Shown one piece after another: positions 1-12,169 of a stretch of DNA of 64,000 bases. This DNA comes from Lama glama (taxonomy: Eukaryota). Position numbers and translations under genes: made by a program. The notes under the pieces were generated by a model that did no database searches, had not been told where the DNA came from, and saw only the letters and a list, made by a program, of their open reading frames with translations. The DNA is taken from assembly GCA_028534125.1 (NCBI GenBank), contig CM052832.1, positions 21,702,001 to 21,766,000 of the forward strand, in the 5' to 3' direction. Within the stretch, counting starts at the first letter, position 1, and every line of letters starts with the position of its first letter.

Positions 1-380
1 CCTTTACAGTCGTTACTCCTCCCACCCTGACTCCGGCAATCATTAATCTGTTCTCCATCTCTATAATTTTGTCATTTCAGGATAATTTATATAAGCTTAT
101 ACAGTAAGTCATTCAGGGTCTTTTTTTTTTTTTAACATAATGTTATTGAGATCCAGTCAAGTTGCTGCATCTACCAATACCTTGGTCCTTTTTATTGCTG
201 AGCAGTATTCCACTGTATGGAACACAGTTTATCCATTCATCTGCTGAAAGACAACTGAGTTGTTTCCATATGGGGTTATCACAAATAAAATCAACATTCA
301 TTTATATGTTTTCATATAAACTTAAATTTTCATTTCTCTGGTGTAAATACCAAGAGTGGGACTATTGTGTCATACACTGC
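1..380 (-). mobile_element. Old L1 (L1MB/MC/ME-class) 3' region, antisense fragment
   Basis: Typical antisense L1 3'UTR motifs: 'aatctgttctccatctctataattttgtcatttc', 'ttttattgctgagcagtattccactgtatgg', 'ttatccattcatctgctgaaagaca...gttgtttcca'. Confidence 0.8.
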
Positions 381-381
381 C

Positions 382-763
382 TGTGATGGTTAATTTTTAC
401 CTGTCATTTGTCTACCCTATAGTACAGTTGTTCAGATAAACACCAGTCTAGATGTTGTGTGAAAGTGTTTTTTAGATGTGATTAACATTTGTGAGTCTCT
501 TCTAATCAGTTGAAGGCTTTAAGACAAAGGACTAGGGTTCCCAGAAGAGGATGGAATTTAAACAGCCTTTAGACTCAAGACTGCAACATTGCCTCCTGCT
601 GGAATTTTCAGGCTGCCCTGCAGATTTCAGACTTGCCAGTCCCCAAAAGCATGTGAGCCAATTCCTTACATCAAACAATAACTCACTCACTCACTCACTC
701 ACTCACTCAGTGTGTGTGAGTGTGTGTATATTTGGTTCTATTTCTCTAGAGAACTCTAATATA
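382..763 (+). mobile_element. MLT2-family (ERVL) solo LTR
   Basis: Starts 'tgtgatggttaatttt', contains 'ctgccctgcagatttcagacttgccagtcccc...atgtgagccaattcctta', ends 'ggttctatttctctagagaactctaata'. A (CACT)n/(TG)n tract sits where MLT2 usually carries a simple repeat. Confidence 0.85.
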
Positions 764-1384
764 GGACCCTAAGATTAGGAAATAGGCAGAGATGTCTGCT
801 CTCATCACTTCTTTTAAAGTTTTCCCAATTTTTAAATCATGTATGATTTTCAAAATGTGAATCAATTTATAATAAATACATTATTTCAGATATTTACATA
901 TTGGCTAGCCAAAGATTAAGAATTCAATAAAGATTCAGCAAATATGATGGGAAAACAACTTACTGTAAAGTCCATTCATATGTTAGCAAGTAAATTCTAC
1001 AAGCAGGAATAAAACAGACTACCCTACCTCCAATTTTACAACCACTATTATAAACTAAGCAAAAAATATCTTCAGGCATATTGTGTGAGTTTGGAGGTGA
1101 ACAATGCTTTAGATATACAAATACCATGTACATTTTGTAAAAGTGGTACCATAGCTATGAGAAAATCTTCACATTAAAAAGGTGGGAAAATTGAATACTA
1201 CTTCAAATGACTACTAAAGACCTTTTTAAGGGGCTATATGAAGCTACAGAAAACTATTATTATGTTCTGTGGTGGTAGTAGCAGAGTATTTTTAAAACCT
1301 GCTTTAAATAGTAGCATTTCAGAAAATAATACAGAACCAGACAGGTAGTGTTGATATCTCTGCCATTAAGACAGTCATCCAAAA

Positions 1385-1740
1385 ATTCAACAGTAATTTC
1401 TACTGAGCATGTATTAAGTTCTAGGCTCTGGGATACAGTACTAAGAAAATATCCAGTCTAAACTCTCATGGAATCTACACTGGGCTGGAGCAGAGTGGAG
1501 AGAGAAAATGAACAAATATATAATAAGTCAGATCATGATAAATTCTTATGAATAAATGTAAATCTAGGTAAGACATTAAAAGATGGAGGTATGGGTGGTG
1601 GTGGGTGCTATTTTAGAGAGGACTCTCAGGGACAACTTCCCTGAGAAGGTGATGTTTGGGTGAAACACGGACCCTTTAAAATCAAGAGTGACCTCCCACA
1701 CGAGAAGACGGAAAGTGAGATCCTCAAAGGTTTCCCAGCA
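1385..1740 (-). mobile_element. L2 3' fragment
   Basis: Antisense L2 motifs 'ttcaacagtaatttctactgagcatgta...ctgggataca', 'ctctcatggaatctacac', 'cttccctgagaaggtgatgtttg'. Confidence 0.75.
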
Positions 1741-3059
1741 GTAAGGCTGATTCTTAGTTCCACTGCTTGACCACCTGGGCCTCCAACTCATACCCTGCTT
1801 TCTGGGCTGTCTGTTCTTCACAAGGTTTTACCTCTGACTTCACTCTTGACTACCTGCCTCATTCAGCTATTCCTAAATTAGAACACCAACCCCACTCCTC
1901 ATGGATCTAGAGTCCTCGCCAGGTGAGGAACTGAAGACCAGACCGACACACCACTTCCCTGACGAAGCTATTCACCAGCAGAAACTAAGAGATCAACTTT
2001 ACCTCAAGAGAAGGTGAAGCTGGTCTCCTAGTTTATGCCAGGACCCAATCCAGGAAAGCCTGCTGTTTCTCCACAGAGGCAGGGAATCAAAGAGTTTTCA
2101 CTGAACTCCACTTTAGTGACGGAAAAAGAAACAAATAGTAGCTAAAAAGAAATTGGGGGGAGTTGCGGAGGGAGAAGAACACTGGAAATTTTTAGGAATT
2201 TGAATGAAACAATAATAATAATAGTAAAATTACCCATGAGTTTTCTGGTAAAAATCAAGAGCAGAAACAGGGGCTTCTTCATACACTTTTATTCAAAACA
2301 AAATGGCAGTGGATCATGGGAACATCAATCACCATGTGGTAGAAAAACACAAGAACTATCAAACTGTTGGGTGGTCCTTCTCAAAGGAGACTTGTCAGAT
2401 CCATCTGACTTTGATCTCTCATTCACAGAAATAGCCTGAAGAAACTTCTCCACCCCATAAAAATAATAAATCTCAGAAGCCACACACTCAGCACGCCAGA
2501 AATCACCTCTGGTGAGAAATCCTCCTTTCCAATGTACTAAGCAAACATTAACTGTTAAAATGCTGGACTAGATACATTACAGTAGAAACTCAAAGGAATA
2601 AGTCTGCACCACAAATCTCAGGTGTTGGGGAAGATACAGGAAAAAGAGGGCAGTAAAATTTTATTATTTCCTGCATCAGAAAAATTTTATGGACAGCAAT
2701 CCTTTCGGGAAACTGCTAAGCACTAGTAGGAATATAATACCCAGAGATTAAAACTGACAATGTCTACTCTGGTCTCAATGCAAAACAGAGCAAAAAGAAT
2801 ACTGCCTGTAATAATATGAAAACCTTATTTGTATCACATTCTTCTAATTCTTGCTAAAACTCAAGAACAAAGACATCTTGTGTGACCCTGGCCACATAAA
2901 ACGGTTACTGAGTCACGCGCACATATGCAAAATGAGCATACGAACCAAAATACTTAATTCCAGACCAAAGAAACAAATCCAACTAAATAAGTAGGCTCTC
3001 TTCTCTCATCTAGTCCTTCGTGGAGTTACACAACTGGTTAGTATCTTTCTTGTCTAGTA

Positions 3060-3200
3060 GTAGTATAGAACAGAGCTTGGAACCAGAGAATTTGGACCTG
3101 ATTCTTGGTTCCTCCTTCTGGCAGCTACTATTTGACTATGCTAAAACACTTTATCTGACTGAGCTTCAGTTTTCATTCATAAACTGGAGCTAAGGAAATT
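3060..3200 (+). mobile_element. MIR SINE fragment
   Basis: Core 'ctgagcttcagttttcattcataaactggag' preceded by a MIR-like 5' part. Confidence 0.6.
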
Positions 3201-3202
3201 CC

Positions 3203-3564
3203 TACTCTGGAGGCTAGAGGTCTAAGACCAAGATGTCTGCATGGCTGGTTCCTTCCAAAGGTTGTAAAAAGAATCCGAAACCTGTCTCCCAGCCTCTCAA
3301 GGTTACTGGCAATCTTTAGGGTTCCTTGGCATCACCCTGATTGCTGCCTTCATCTTCACATTGCATCTCCCCATATGAACGCCTGTCAACAGAATTTCCC
3401 CTTTTGATAAGGACACCAGCCATATTGGATTGAGGCCCATATAAATACCTTCATTTTAACTTTATTAACTCTATAACAATGCTATCACCAAATAAGGTGA
3501 AGTACTGGGGGTCAGGACTTCAACATATGAATTTGGGGGAAGGGACACAATTTGACCCATAACA
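3203..3564 (-). mobile_element. MLT1 (MaLR) LTR, MLT1B/C-like
   Basis: 'tctggaggctagaggtctaagaccaagatgtctgcatggctggttccttc', 'ataaggacaccagccatattggatt', ending 'ggacttcaacatatgaatttggggg...acacaatttgacccataaca'. Confidence 0.85.
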
Positions 3565-3745
3565 CCACGCTTCATCATAACAGCCACCAAATCATATAGA
3601 CATAGATTTGGACATATAGAAGGTGTAAAGTGGCACCTACATTTTATGTCCAAGAAAATCCTACATCCTGGCTAAAATTCATCTGGCCCCCAGGCTACAA
3701 GTTCAAATGGCTGCTTCTACAGCACACATATATTTTCTCCAAAGC

Positions 3746-3863
3746 TAGGATTGCCAGATAAAACATCAAGGTACATTTGAACTTCAGATAAACAATGAAT
3801 AATTTTTGGTTTAAGTATGTTCCATGAGCCTCCTGTATTTTTATTTGCTAAAGCTGGCACCCT
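3746..3863. mobile_element. MER53-like hAT MITE, internally deleted
   Basis: Terminal inverted repeats 'taggattgccaga' and 'ctggcaccct'; internal 'ttgaacttcagataaacaatgaataatttt...taagtatgt' and 'cctgtatttttatttgctaaa'. Confidence 0.75.
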
Positions 3864-3874
3864 CCCCACTGAGC

Positions 3875-4045
3875 TAGACTCTCAAAGTCAGCTGTAAGAA
3901 TTACCTGAGGTACTGGTTATACATCCAAATTCCCAGGCTCCACCCAGGCCCACAGAATCAGACCCTCCATGGGAAGAGTCTGGAAAACTATAGGTTTACC
4001 AGTAGCCAAGATGATTCTTATCAAAGACATTTGGGAGACAATGGG
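3875..4045. mobile_element. MER5-family (hAT-Charlie) element
   Basis: 'agaattacctgagg...aaattcccaggctccacccag...agaatcagac...gatgattctta...tttgggagacaatg'. Confidence 0.7.
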
Positions 4046-7020
4046 TTGGATGTGGACAAAGAACAGTTGAAGAGCTTTTAGGAGAAGAATTATAAGGAAG
4101 AATAAGAAAGTGAAAACAGAATCTAGAAATCAACAGCCAGGAATAACAAACATTTTTCTAATTTAGAACATGAGAATGTAGGAGATAGGACTTGATAACC
4201 ATAAATAATTAATGCTTACCTTCGGGGGAAGTGGGAGTGGGTGTGATAATTGCATTAGTCACACTGTTTTCAACCAGGCTGAAGTTACTAAACTCCGAGT
4301 GCCCTACCACCAAGGCCACCTCTTGGCAGAAATGAGGCCCTACTGTTCCACCCCTCCTGGCACAGCACCTTTGCTCTACCTGAGGCCAGCCCAGAAGTGT
4401 GTTCTCACGGCCGCCAGAGTCGCAACCTCCCTGGCACAGAGACATCATCTTTCTCCCTATAAACAGAGAATCTCAGGAGAGAACTCTGCCTAGTTTGTGG
4501 GTGGGCTGGGTGTGGCTCAAAGGACTGATAGGAATTTCAAACACTGGTGGAGGAGGGGAGTACAAACAAAACCAGGGCAAATAACACATTAAAATAATAT
4601 CTGTGTTTTAAGTTGATTTTAAGTGAAGCACTTAAACCATTTAAATAAATCTCATTGACTGCATATGCAGTAACAGTCTAGATATGACTAGCAAGCAGCC
4701 TTATTAAGCAAAGTATCATCAGTTTACATAACTCAATTATAATGAATGCGTAAAGACTTGGATGAATTCTAAAAGGTGCTGAACTGCGATAGGTTTTTTA
4801 CAAAATCTGACCCATTTTTGGTCCTTTCATCAATTCTGATTACCAAACCCTTATTTCCTTCTTGTACTAGATGTTTGGAAAGGTTTTTGAGCTCTGTGTA
4901 ATTTGAACTCTGTCCTAGAAAGGCTTAAATTCAACAAAAGCATTATACACACCACGTCATATACACAAATCACACAGATATATGCATTTTTATCACATTA
5001 CAGCTTATTTTAGCTCTTGGATTTTAATTTACAGTGTTTGACCTTTTATTTAATATAGTTTTGTTTATTAGAAAAGGAGGCAGCAACAACAAACAACCAG
5101 GAAATTTAACAATTCATTACAACAGATGCTATGACTAGTACTCCTTCAGATACGTACACCTCAGCAAGACACACAAGGATACAACTTCTATGACAAGAAT
5201 GAATAATATGCCAGTTACTGAAGCAGAACCAGTACTTCCACTGAAAATTTAAGTGAAGACTCTTCTTAGAAAAATAACCAAGCAATAAGAGTATTTAAAT
5301 TTTAATAAAAATATTGTGTCACATTACAATTGCTTTGATTTGATAGATTTCAGTGGAATCAGACTTAATATGTAATATAGAGAGTCTATTCATTAGAAGG
5401 CTGTTACTTAGGATAAAAATGTTTATTATATAAGTTAACCTCCTGTCAACTGGAGGAAATTTTCTCCCTAAAGACATGGTAATATCCAAAGGTTTTATAA
5501 TGCTTCTTAGTTTCCACATACATTATTCCTTTTAATCTTCATAAAGGAAGAATGTAAAGATGAAAAAATTACATATTTATGCAAAATCACATAGCTAGTT
5601 TATAACACAGCTAGTATTAAAATCTAGGTAAGAGGCATGTCCAGTGTGTCTTCTCATTTGCCTACCAATGAAGATTCAGGAAGGAATTCATTGTAATCAT
5701 TCAATTAAATCTGTATTTATAAGTCCTATCTTAAATATGACCCTTTTAATCAATACTAAATGTTTTCAAGTAATTATACTTGGGCCCACCGAAATCTGAT
5801 AAGCACAGGTAGTGCTCAATTCTTATTAAGTAGACCTTGCATATTCAAGATTGTCATCCGTCTTCTCGTGAAAAGCACATGAACATTTCTCTTGTCTCCA
5901 TTCAATAATTCTGGCGTTTGAAGTGGGAGAGAAAAAAATACCAACTTTCAGGAGCCTCGTTATTCAGACTCCATCCTGCGGTGGTTTGTTCTCTGTCAAA
6001 CAGCTCAGCTGGAATCCCCAGGAGGCCCTTCCCTGTAGGATTCTGAGTTAAAGCTGGCCCAGAAAGGAGTTCACAGGAGATCTGGAAGCAGAAGTGAGGC
6101 AGCAGCCACGACTCTCTGAATGAAGGCCATTATAATTGGAAGAGGTGACAGAAGACGCAGAAACGCCAGCAGATTCCAGCTCATTCTCCTCCCCTTTGTT
6201 TCCAGGGATTCCGTCCATGCTGAGCCCACTGACCAATGGCAGCCTGAGGCCCATCACCAAACTCCCACCTGAGCCTGCATCCCTGGTTCCCACCACTACT
6301 CCCTGCAGCAAAGCCCTCATCCCACAAGTCACCACTCACCCGGCTCTGCTACCCTTTGATAGACCCTTACCTGATAAGCAGCCATGAGAGGATTCGCCTA
6401 GGGTTGCTTTTTAATTACTGTTTTTTCTTCATAGTCATTTTTAAGACTACAGTTTCTAATCCTAAAATGATTTATGTTTTCCACGACAAAACAACAAAGC
6501 AAGCCCAACTCTGCCCTATGATACAACTACAGGGACTTCAGAATTTCATTTGTTCCTTAGGGGTGGTTCCAAGCCCTTTCAAATAAAACATTTTCTATTT
6601 AGAAGCAGCACCTCTGTTAACAGAATTCTCTCTTCTCAGTTACTATGTGCAAGTATATGGAAATACAATCATGATTAAGCAATCAAACTAAAGTACACAG
6701 GAGCCGAAAACCATCTCGTCTTTTCCAATAAATATATAAGGGCACTGAAAAAGCAGCAGAGCTAAAAGCGGGAACATCAAGAACGATCTCTGAAGAGCTC
6801 TAAAATGATGCGTATTACTGATGCTCAATTATAAAGTCTCAAAGGAGCTCGGGCTGAGTAAAGTAATGTACATGCATTTACCAGTTCCAGCAGCACTTTA
6901 TTCAAGAACACATCTCCAAATAATGATGCTTGGGAAGATTAAAGGAGATAGTGTTTCAAAGACTAACATCCTCAGAAAAGCTTTGGTATCAAAATTAAGA
7001 TATTCAGCATTAAAGGTGTC

Positions 7021-7042
7021 TGTGTGTGTGTGTGTGTGTGTG
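7021..7042. repeat. (TG)n microsatellite
   Basis: Direct inspection. Confidence 0.95.
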
Positions 7043-7419
7043 TTTATGTGTACAAGTGAAAGGGAAGAGGAGGTATTAAGTTTGGTTGTTCAAATACAGA
7101 AAGTGGGCATGGCCTTCTGGTAAGCAGGACTGGTAAACAGATATGTTAAAAATAGCTTGGCTTTTCCATCTACAAATTCTAACTTGCCCACTTCCCCTCA
7201 AAATTTAGTGGTTTCCTAATACAGCTAAATCTTAGTCTCTAGAATATAGTGTCAGCCACAGTATGAGACACAGGGATGACTTGTGGGCAAAAGCCCTAAC
7301 ATCACAGCTGAGCGTTATCGCACTGTCCTGGACTCCTGGGAGGGTTTTACCTCGGCACATCCTCCCCCATCATCCATCTGGACTGCCTAAATGACCTGCT
7401 GTCATCCCTTCGCCAACAG

Positions 7420-8130
7420 CCATTCTGCTGTTACTGCTTTCTGGATCACCTCCTTATTACTCTGTCTCCCTTTTTTTGTATTTCATACCTTCTAAATATT
7501 ATCATTTCTTTGTGCTCTAAGCTCCATCTCTAAAAGATTTCATCAATGTCCATGGTTTTAAATGTAATTTATATTTCAGCAATTCTCAAGTTTAACTCTC
7601 CAGCTCAGTCTTTTTTCAATATAGTGATATATTCAACTGCCTCCTTGATAACTGCCTTTGAGGGCTCACAGCTATTTCAAAATAACATGCCCAAACTGGA
7701 CCTCCAGAACTTCTTAGTCAAATGCATGCTTCTGTCAGTCTTTCTCATTCAGTACATCTTATCCATAAACCCAAGAACTATTAATGCCTCCCCTCCCTCT
7801 TCCTCACGTCTTGTATTTAAATTCTGTTTATTTGATCTAACCAATTGTGCAAGCAAGTGCATTTGTGTGCGTGTATCTTGAATCTGTCCAATTCTTCCCA
7901 TCTCAACTGCCATGGCACTAGGTCAAACCACCAGGTGGTTTCATCAAATAGCCTCTTATCTGATCCCTCCACTTAAACTCCAGACCCTACAATGTGCTCT
8001 CTACACTGCAGCTACTGGTCTTTTAGAAGTGCAAATCAGATGATGTCACCTCCCTGCCTCAAATCGTTTGATATGACTTCTTCTCACTGTTCTTAGGATA
8101 AAGTTCAAAATCCTTAATCTGGTCATTTAT
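7420..8130 (+). mobile_element. L2 fragment
   Basis: 'atattcaactgcctccttga', 'aaaataacatgcccaaactggacctc', 'aatagcctcttatctg', 'gcaaatcagatgatgtcacctccctgcctcaaa', 'ggataaagttcaaaatcctta'. Confidence 0.8.
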
Positions 8131-8139
8131 AAAGGGAAA

Positions 8140-8340
8140 AGTAAGATGGTATTAGAAGTCAGGAAAGTAGTTACTCTGGGTAGACGACTAGAGGGTAAGA
8201 AACTGGTTTCTGAGTTGCTGGAAAAGCCCTACTTTTTAATCTGGGTGTTGGTTACATGTTTTATGTTTCTTGGTTTCATTTTGTAAAAACAAAACTCTAC
8301 ACTTAAGATCTGTGCATTTTTGGTATATATGTTGAATAAC
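8140..8340 (+). mobile_element. Old L1 (L1ME/MC-class) 3' end
   Basis: 'ggtattagaagtcaggaaagtagttac', 'ttaatctgggtgttggttacatg', 'tacacttaagatctgtgcatttt'. Confidence 0.7.
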
Positions 8341-9659
8341 GATATTAAACACAAATTCAACAGGAAAAAAACCAGACTCTGCAAATAAAGTAACAGTCAC
8401 AAATAAAAATACCATCTTTATGTCACTACATCACTAAAAAGGGCTTCGTAGCATGCACATGTTTCAGACCATGGAACTCACACACTAGTTCTCCCCTCCC
8501 TCCCACAGAGCAAGTGCTAGTGAGGCTGTCATCTCTCAACTGCAAAAGTAACCTAAATGCTCATATTGTAACACCTGTGCGCCAGTGGACGTTACCTCAT
8601 CGTGAATGTGAAAGAGGACATGTCCTGTTGATTTTCAGTACATGATTGCAGTTGAAACTATTGTAAATGACACAAACCCTTCAGGACAATGATTTTTCAT
8701 TTAACTTTAATATTTAACGTCTAGGGGAAAAGATCTACACAAATGATAAAATATTCTATCACATGTTCATAAAAGAGCTCCTTAAGGAATGCTGCCCATT
8801 TTCTTACATTCTATATAGCACACGACTTAGGCAGATATGTTATAGCAGTATTTTGAAAAACAGAGTCTGTGTTTTCCTCCTTTACAAAGAAATCCATTAG
8901 CAAAAGCAAGGCGATTTCATGAAGAGAAAATTGGAAATGACTCTAACCTACAGGTGTTGTTGAAAAGTGACATTTCTGACAAGGGAGCAGGTGTCTTGGG
9001 GAGGGGGACTTCTTTAAATAAGCATACAGTTAATGACACTCAGCCTCATCATTAAATTTAACAGCAGCCTTTTTCACTCAAGTAGCCAATATATGCTGTG
9101 CCACTAGCAATATCTACTCACGGTGCTGCTGCTTTCATTTGCATATTGCATCAGAGCACACACTGTTTAACGTGAAGACATAAGAGGCCATGTGACAGTC
9201 CTGATGAGGATATAAACCTAGAGAGTCTCACAATTTACTAAAGACGTAAAACCACCAGCATTAAACAGCAGCTTGAAGACTATCTTTTAAATAACAGAAG
9301 ATACCAAAACATTGTTTTCGTAACACCCTTTTACCTACTCATCTTAGAAAATGGCTTTAGTGTGATTCTGTATAAATACTTGTTACCACTTTCTATGAGA
9401 ATTGGGTCACTCAATATTCCACAGTAGCATGCCAAATTCTACATGGATATAAATTAAAGGAGAAGGAGCTATTTAATCTCAAACTTTCTCTGAATAAAGG
9501 TTATTGTGGATAAAATTTAAGCACTAGAATACTGAGTAGGTGAAGTATAATCTTAAATTGTTCCCTAGAGAATTAAGAGGAGAGGGTCCAGGCAGCATCT
9601 CTAGTCACTGAGCCTTTCATCAGTGCTTTAAGTTAACACAGCATGGTCATAAAAAGTCA

Positions 9660-9840
9660 ACACTTATGTTACCCTGGTCAAATCTCTCAGGACCCCTTTG
9701 ATTCAGTTTCCTCATCAATAAAATGTGGTTAATAGTAACAACACCACAGGGTTATTGTGAGAATAAAAATGAGATTAATGACATGTAAATTGCTTAGTAT
9801 AACACCTGGAAATATTATATGCCCAATAAATGGTTCTAAA
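9660..9840 (+). mobile_element. MIR SINE
   Basis: 'tcagtttcctcatcaataaaatg...aatagta...cacagggttattgtgagaataaaaatgaga...atgtaaattgcttag...caataaatggtt'. Confidence 0.85.
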
Positions 9841-9924
9841 AAGCAGCATCATTCTGCCAACAAGATTCACTGCAGCAGGAACAAGACACTCTCTGCCCTG
9901 AAAATAACGCCCCATAAGTAGGAT

Positions 9925-10070
9925 GTAGCATGATGTGGTAGCCAAAGAATTAGAAGAAGGATTCCAGGAGACAGTGTCTTGTTGTGCTTACCAGGACTAG
10001 TCACATAACAGGGGCAAGTCACTGAGCCCCTCTTGCTCTGAATTTCCATACAAATAAAATGTGGAATTCA
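9925..10070 (+). mobile_element. MIR SINE fragment
   Basis: 'gtagcatgatgtgg...gggcaagtcactgagcccctc...aatttccatacaaataaaatg'. Confidence 0.55.
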
Positions 10071-11279
10071 GTTTAAGACATTCATTGGCAGTAATATTTT
10101 GTAGGGGGGGATCCTGGGAGTTATTTAATCTTAGTAATAAGTTAGTTTAAGCTAACGTATTTTGGAGGAAATTGTTTTATAGAAAGTTTCATCACAGGGT
10201 TACTTTGAGTACAGACTCTTACTGTTTGAGAAGAAAACATTTATGTATGATTGACTTTACTAAACATTATTTTTTTTCAGTAATTTTCGTGATGACAGCA
10301 TTTAAATAATGTTTAGTTTATCAGTACTCTCAATAACTATTCCTAATCCTATTGAATCCATAGTATTTAGAAAGAGCAACTGGGTTTCTATCTGTTAGAT
10401 TTCAGATGCCAAGAAAAACAGTCATTAGTCAAGACTAGGCCACTTTGGAATAATTATAGTATCCCTACAAAAACCAAGTTCACTCCTGAGAAGAAGCTAA
10501 AGAAAACTAAGCAGGCAGTCACTCTCAGAATGACAGTCACAGTTAGTGGATCTGCTCTAGTCATTACTGCCTAGTCTGCCCAAAACTCTCATCTGGAATA
10601 CCCCAACTCTAGAGAGCTACAAAGTCATCAGGAACAAGGAGAGAGGCAAAGAGAAGGGGTGGGGGTAGAAAGAACGCACCTCTACGGACCAAGAGAGTAT
10701 CGAGAGGAACAGAGAAAGACAAGCAGGCCAGGAAGATCTATGCTGAGATACGCAGAAGCAAATGAAGTAAAACTCAGACCAAGTAGAAACAGTGAAAAAA
10801 AGTCCAAAGAGTCCCCCATTACCAAATCCAGCTGTCACAAGCTGAAATATACCCAAGAGTAGCTGGGTTCTCCGTCCCCGCCCAGAAGTGAATGAGTGAA
10901 AATCTGTAACAAGGCTGTACCCTGAAGGGTAACTACATTTTTTATGGACTTCTCCACAGACTGAGAAACTTAATTTCATCAACTCATCAGACCTTGACCA
11001 AGTCATTCATACAACACAATCTTAAATAGACTGATTTATTAGTTATGAAGTCATTTAACTGAAAAATAAACTACCAAAATATCCTCCTATTTTCTGTGCA
11101 ACATTAAAACCTTTAACTGTTTAAACTACGTATTTTTAATTAGTTTATAATGGGAGTCAATTCATGTTGACTGTGGAAAAAAGATTTTGGACACACTATA
11201 AAAATTCCATAGACTATAAAATTAAAATAAATCCCACTACTGAGAGATAACCACTTAGATATTTTTATTTCAATCCTTT

Positions 11280-11305
11280 GACAGATGAATGGATAAAGAA
11301 GTGGT

Positions 11306-11350
<45 letters not shown>

Positions 11351-11717
11351 AATATTAGTCAGTCATAAAAAAGAATGAAAACCGCCATTTGCAGCAACAT
11401 GGATGGACCTAGAGATTATCACATTAAGTCAGACAGAGAAAGGCAAATATCATATGATGTTGCTTATATGTGGAATCTTAAAAAAATAAATACAAATTTT
11501 ATTTACAAACCAGAAATAGACTCACAAACATAGAAAACAAATTTTGATTACGGGGGTGGGGGGGAAGAGTGCCGGAGGGATTAGGAGTTTCGGATGAACA
11601 GATACACATTACCATATATAAAACAGATAAACAAAAAAGATCTATTGTACAGCACAGGGAACTATATTCAATTTCTTGTAATGAGTTGCAGTGGAAAAGA
11701 ATCTGGAAAATAAATAA

Positions 11718-11749
<32 letters not shown>

Positions 11750-11845
11750 ATATACACACACACACGTATAGGTATAACTGAATTGCTTTGCTATGTTCCT
11801 GACACTAACACTGCAAATTGACTATACTTCAGTAAAAAAATAAGA
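11280..11845 (+). mobile_element. Artiodactyl-type L1 3' end, 5'-truncated, with internal (CA)n and (TA)n
   Basis: 'acagatgaatggataaagaagtggtg', 'ccatttgcagcaacatggatggacctagagattatc', 'aaaccagaaatagactcacaaacatagaaaacaaa', 'tacagcacagggaactatattcaa', ending 'gactatacttcagtaaaaaaa'. Confidence 0.92.
11307..11347. repeat. (CA)n microsatellite inside L1
   Basis: About 20 perfect CA units. Confidence 0.95.
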
Positions 11846-12169
11846 ATTTTAAAAAATAACATTTTAGATACTATGTATCTAGCAGCCAATAAGCAAATGA
11901 ACTACCAATATCCTTAAGAAGAATTTTATTCTCCACTTGATTAAAATGTGCTCAGTACACAATTACGTGTCAAAAGTTTGCAATATGTCTCTATTTTACA
12001 TGTTTATGTTGCATGTATAATCACACCACATGAATGCTTTAGCAAGGTCTGTTTTGTTAGCATAAAATAATGTTAATTTCTAATCTAGTGAGAAATGTTC
12101 AAAGTTATATACTCATTCTTCTTGCTCACACGCTACTATATTCTCCTCCTCATCTTCATCATCACCAAC

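Noticed and set aside
2333..2435. Minus-strand segment reading AISVNERSKSDGSDKSPLRRTT after a tttcttcag acceptor
   Set aside because: Short pyrimidine tract with a nearby upstream AG, weak donor (gtgatt), peptide not recognised.
9190..9240. CTGATGA as a possible hammerhead ribozyme core or C-box
   Set aside because: No GAAA after a stem II, no compatible stems I/III, and no paired D-box with a terminal stem.
10620..10920. Purine-rich ORF 10659..10862 or a possible old LTR
   Set aside because: The ORF has a non-ATG start and no homology I recognise; LTR resemblance is too weak to call.
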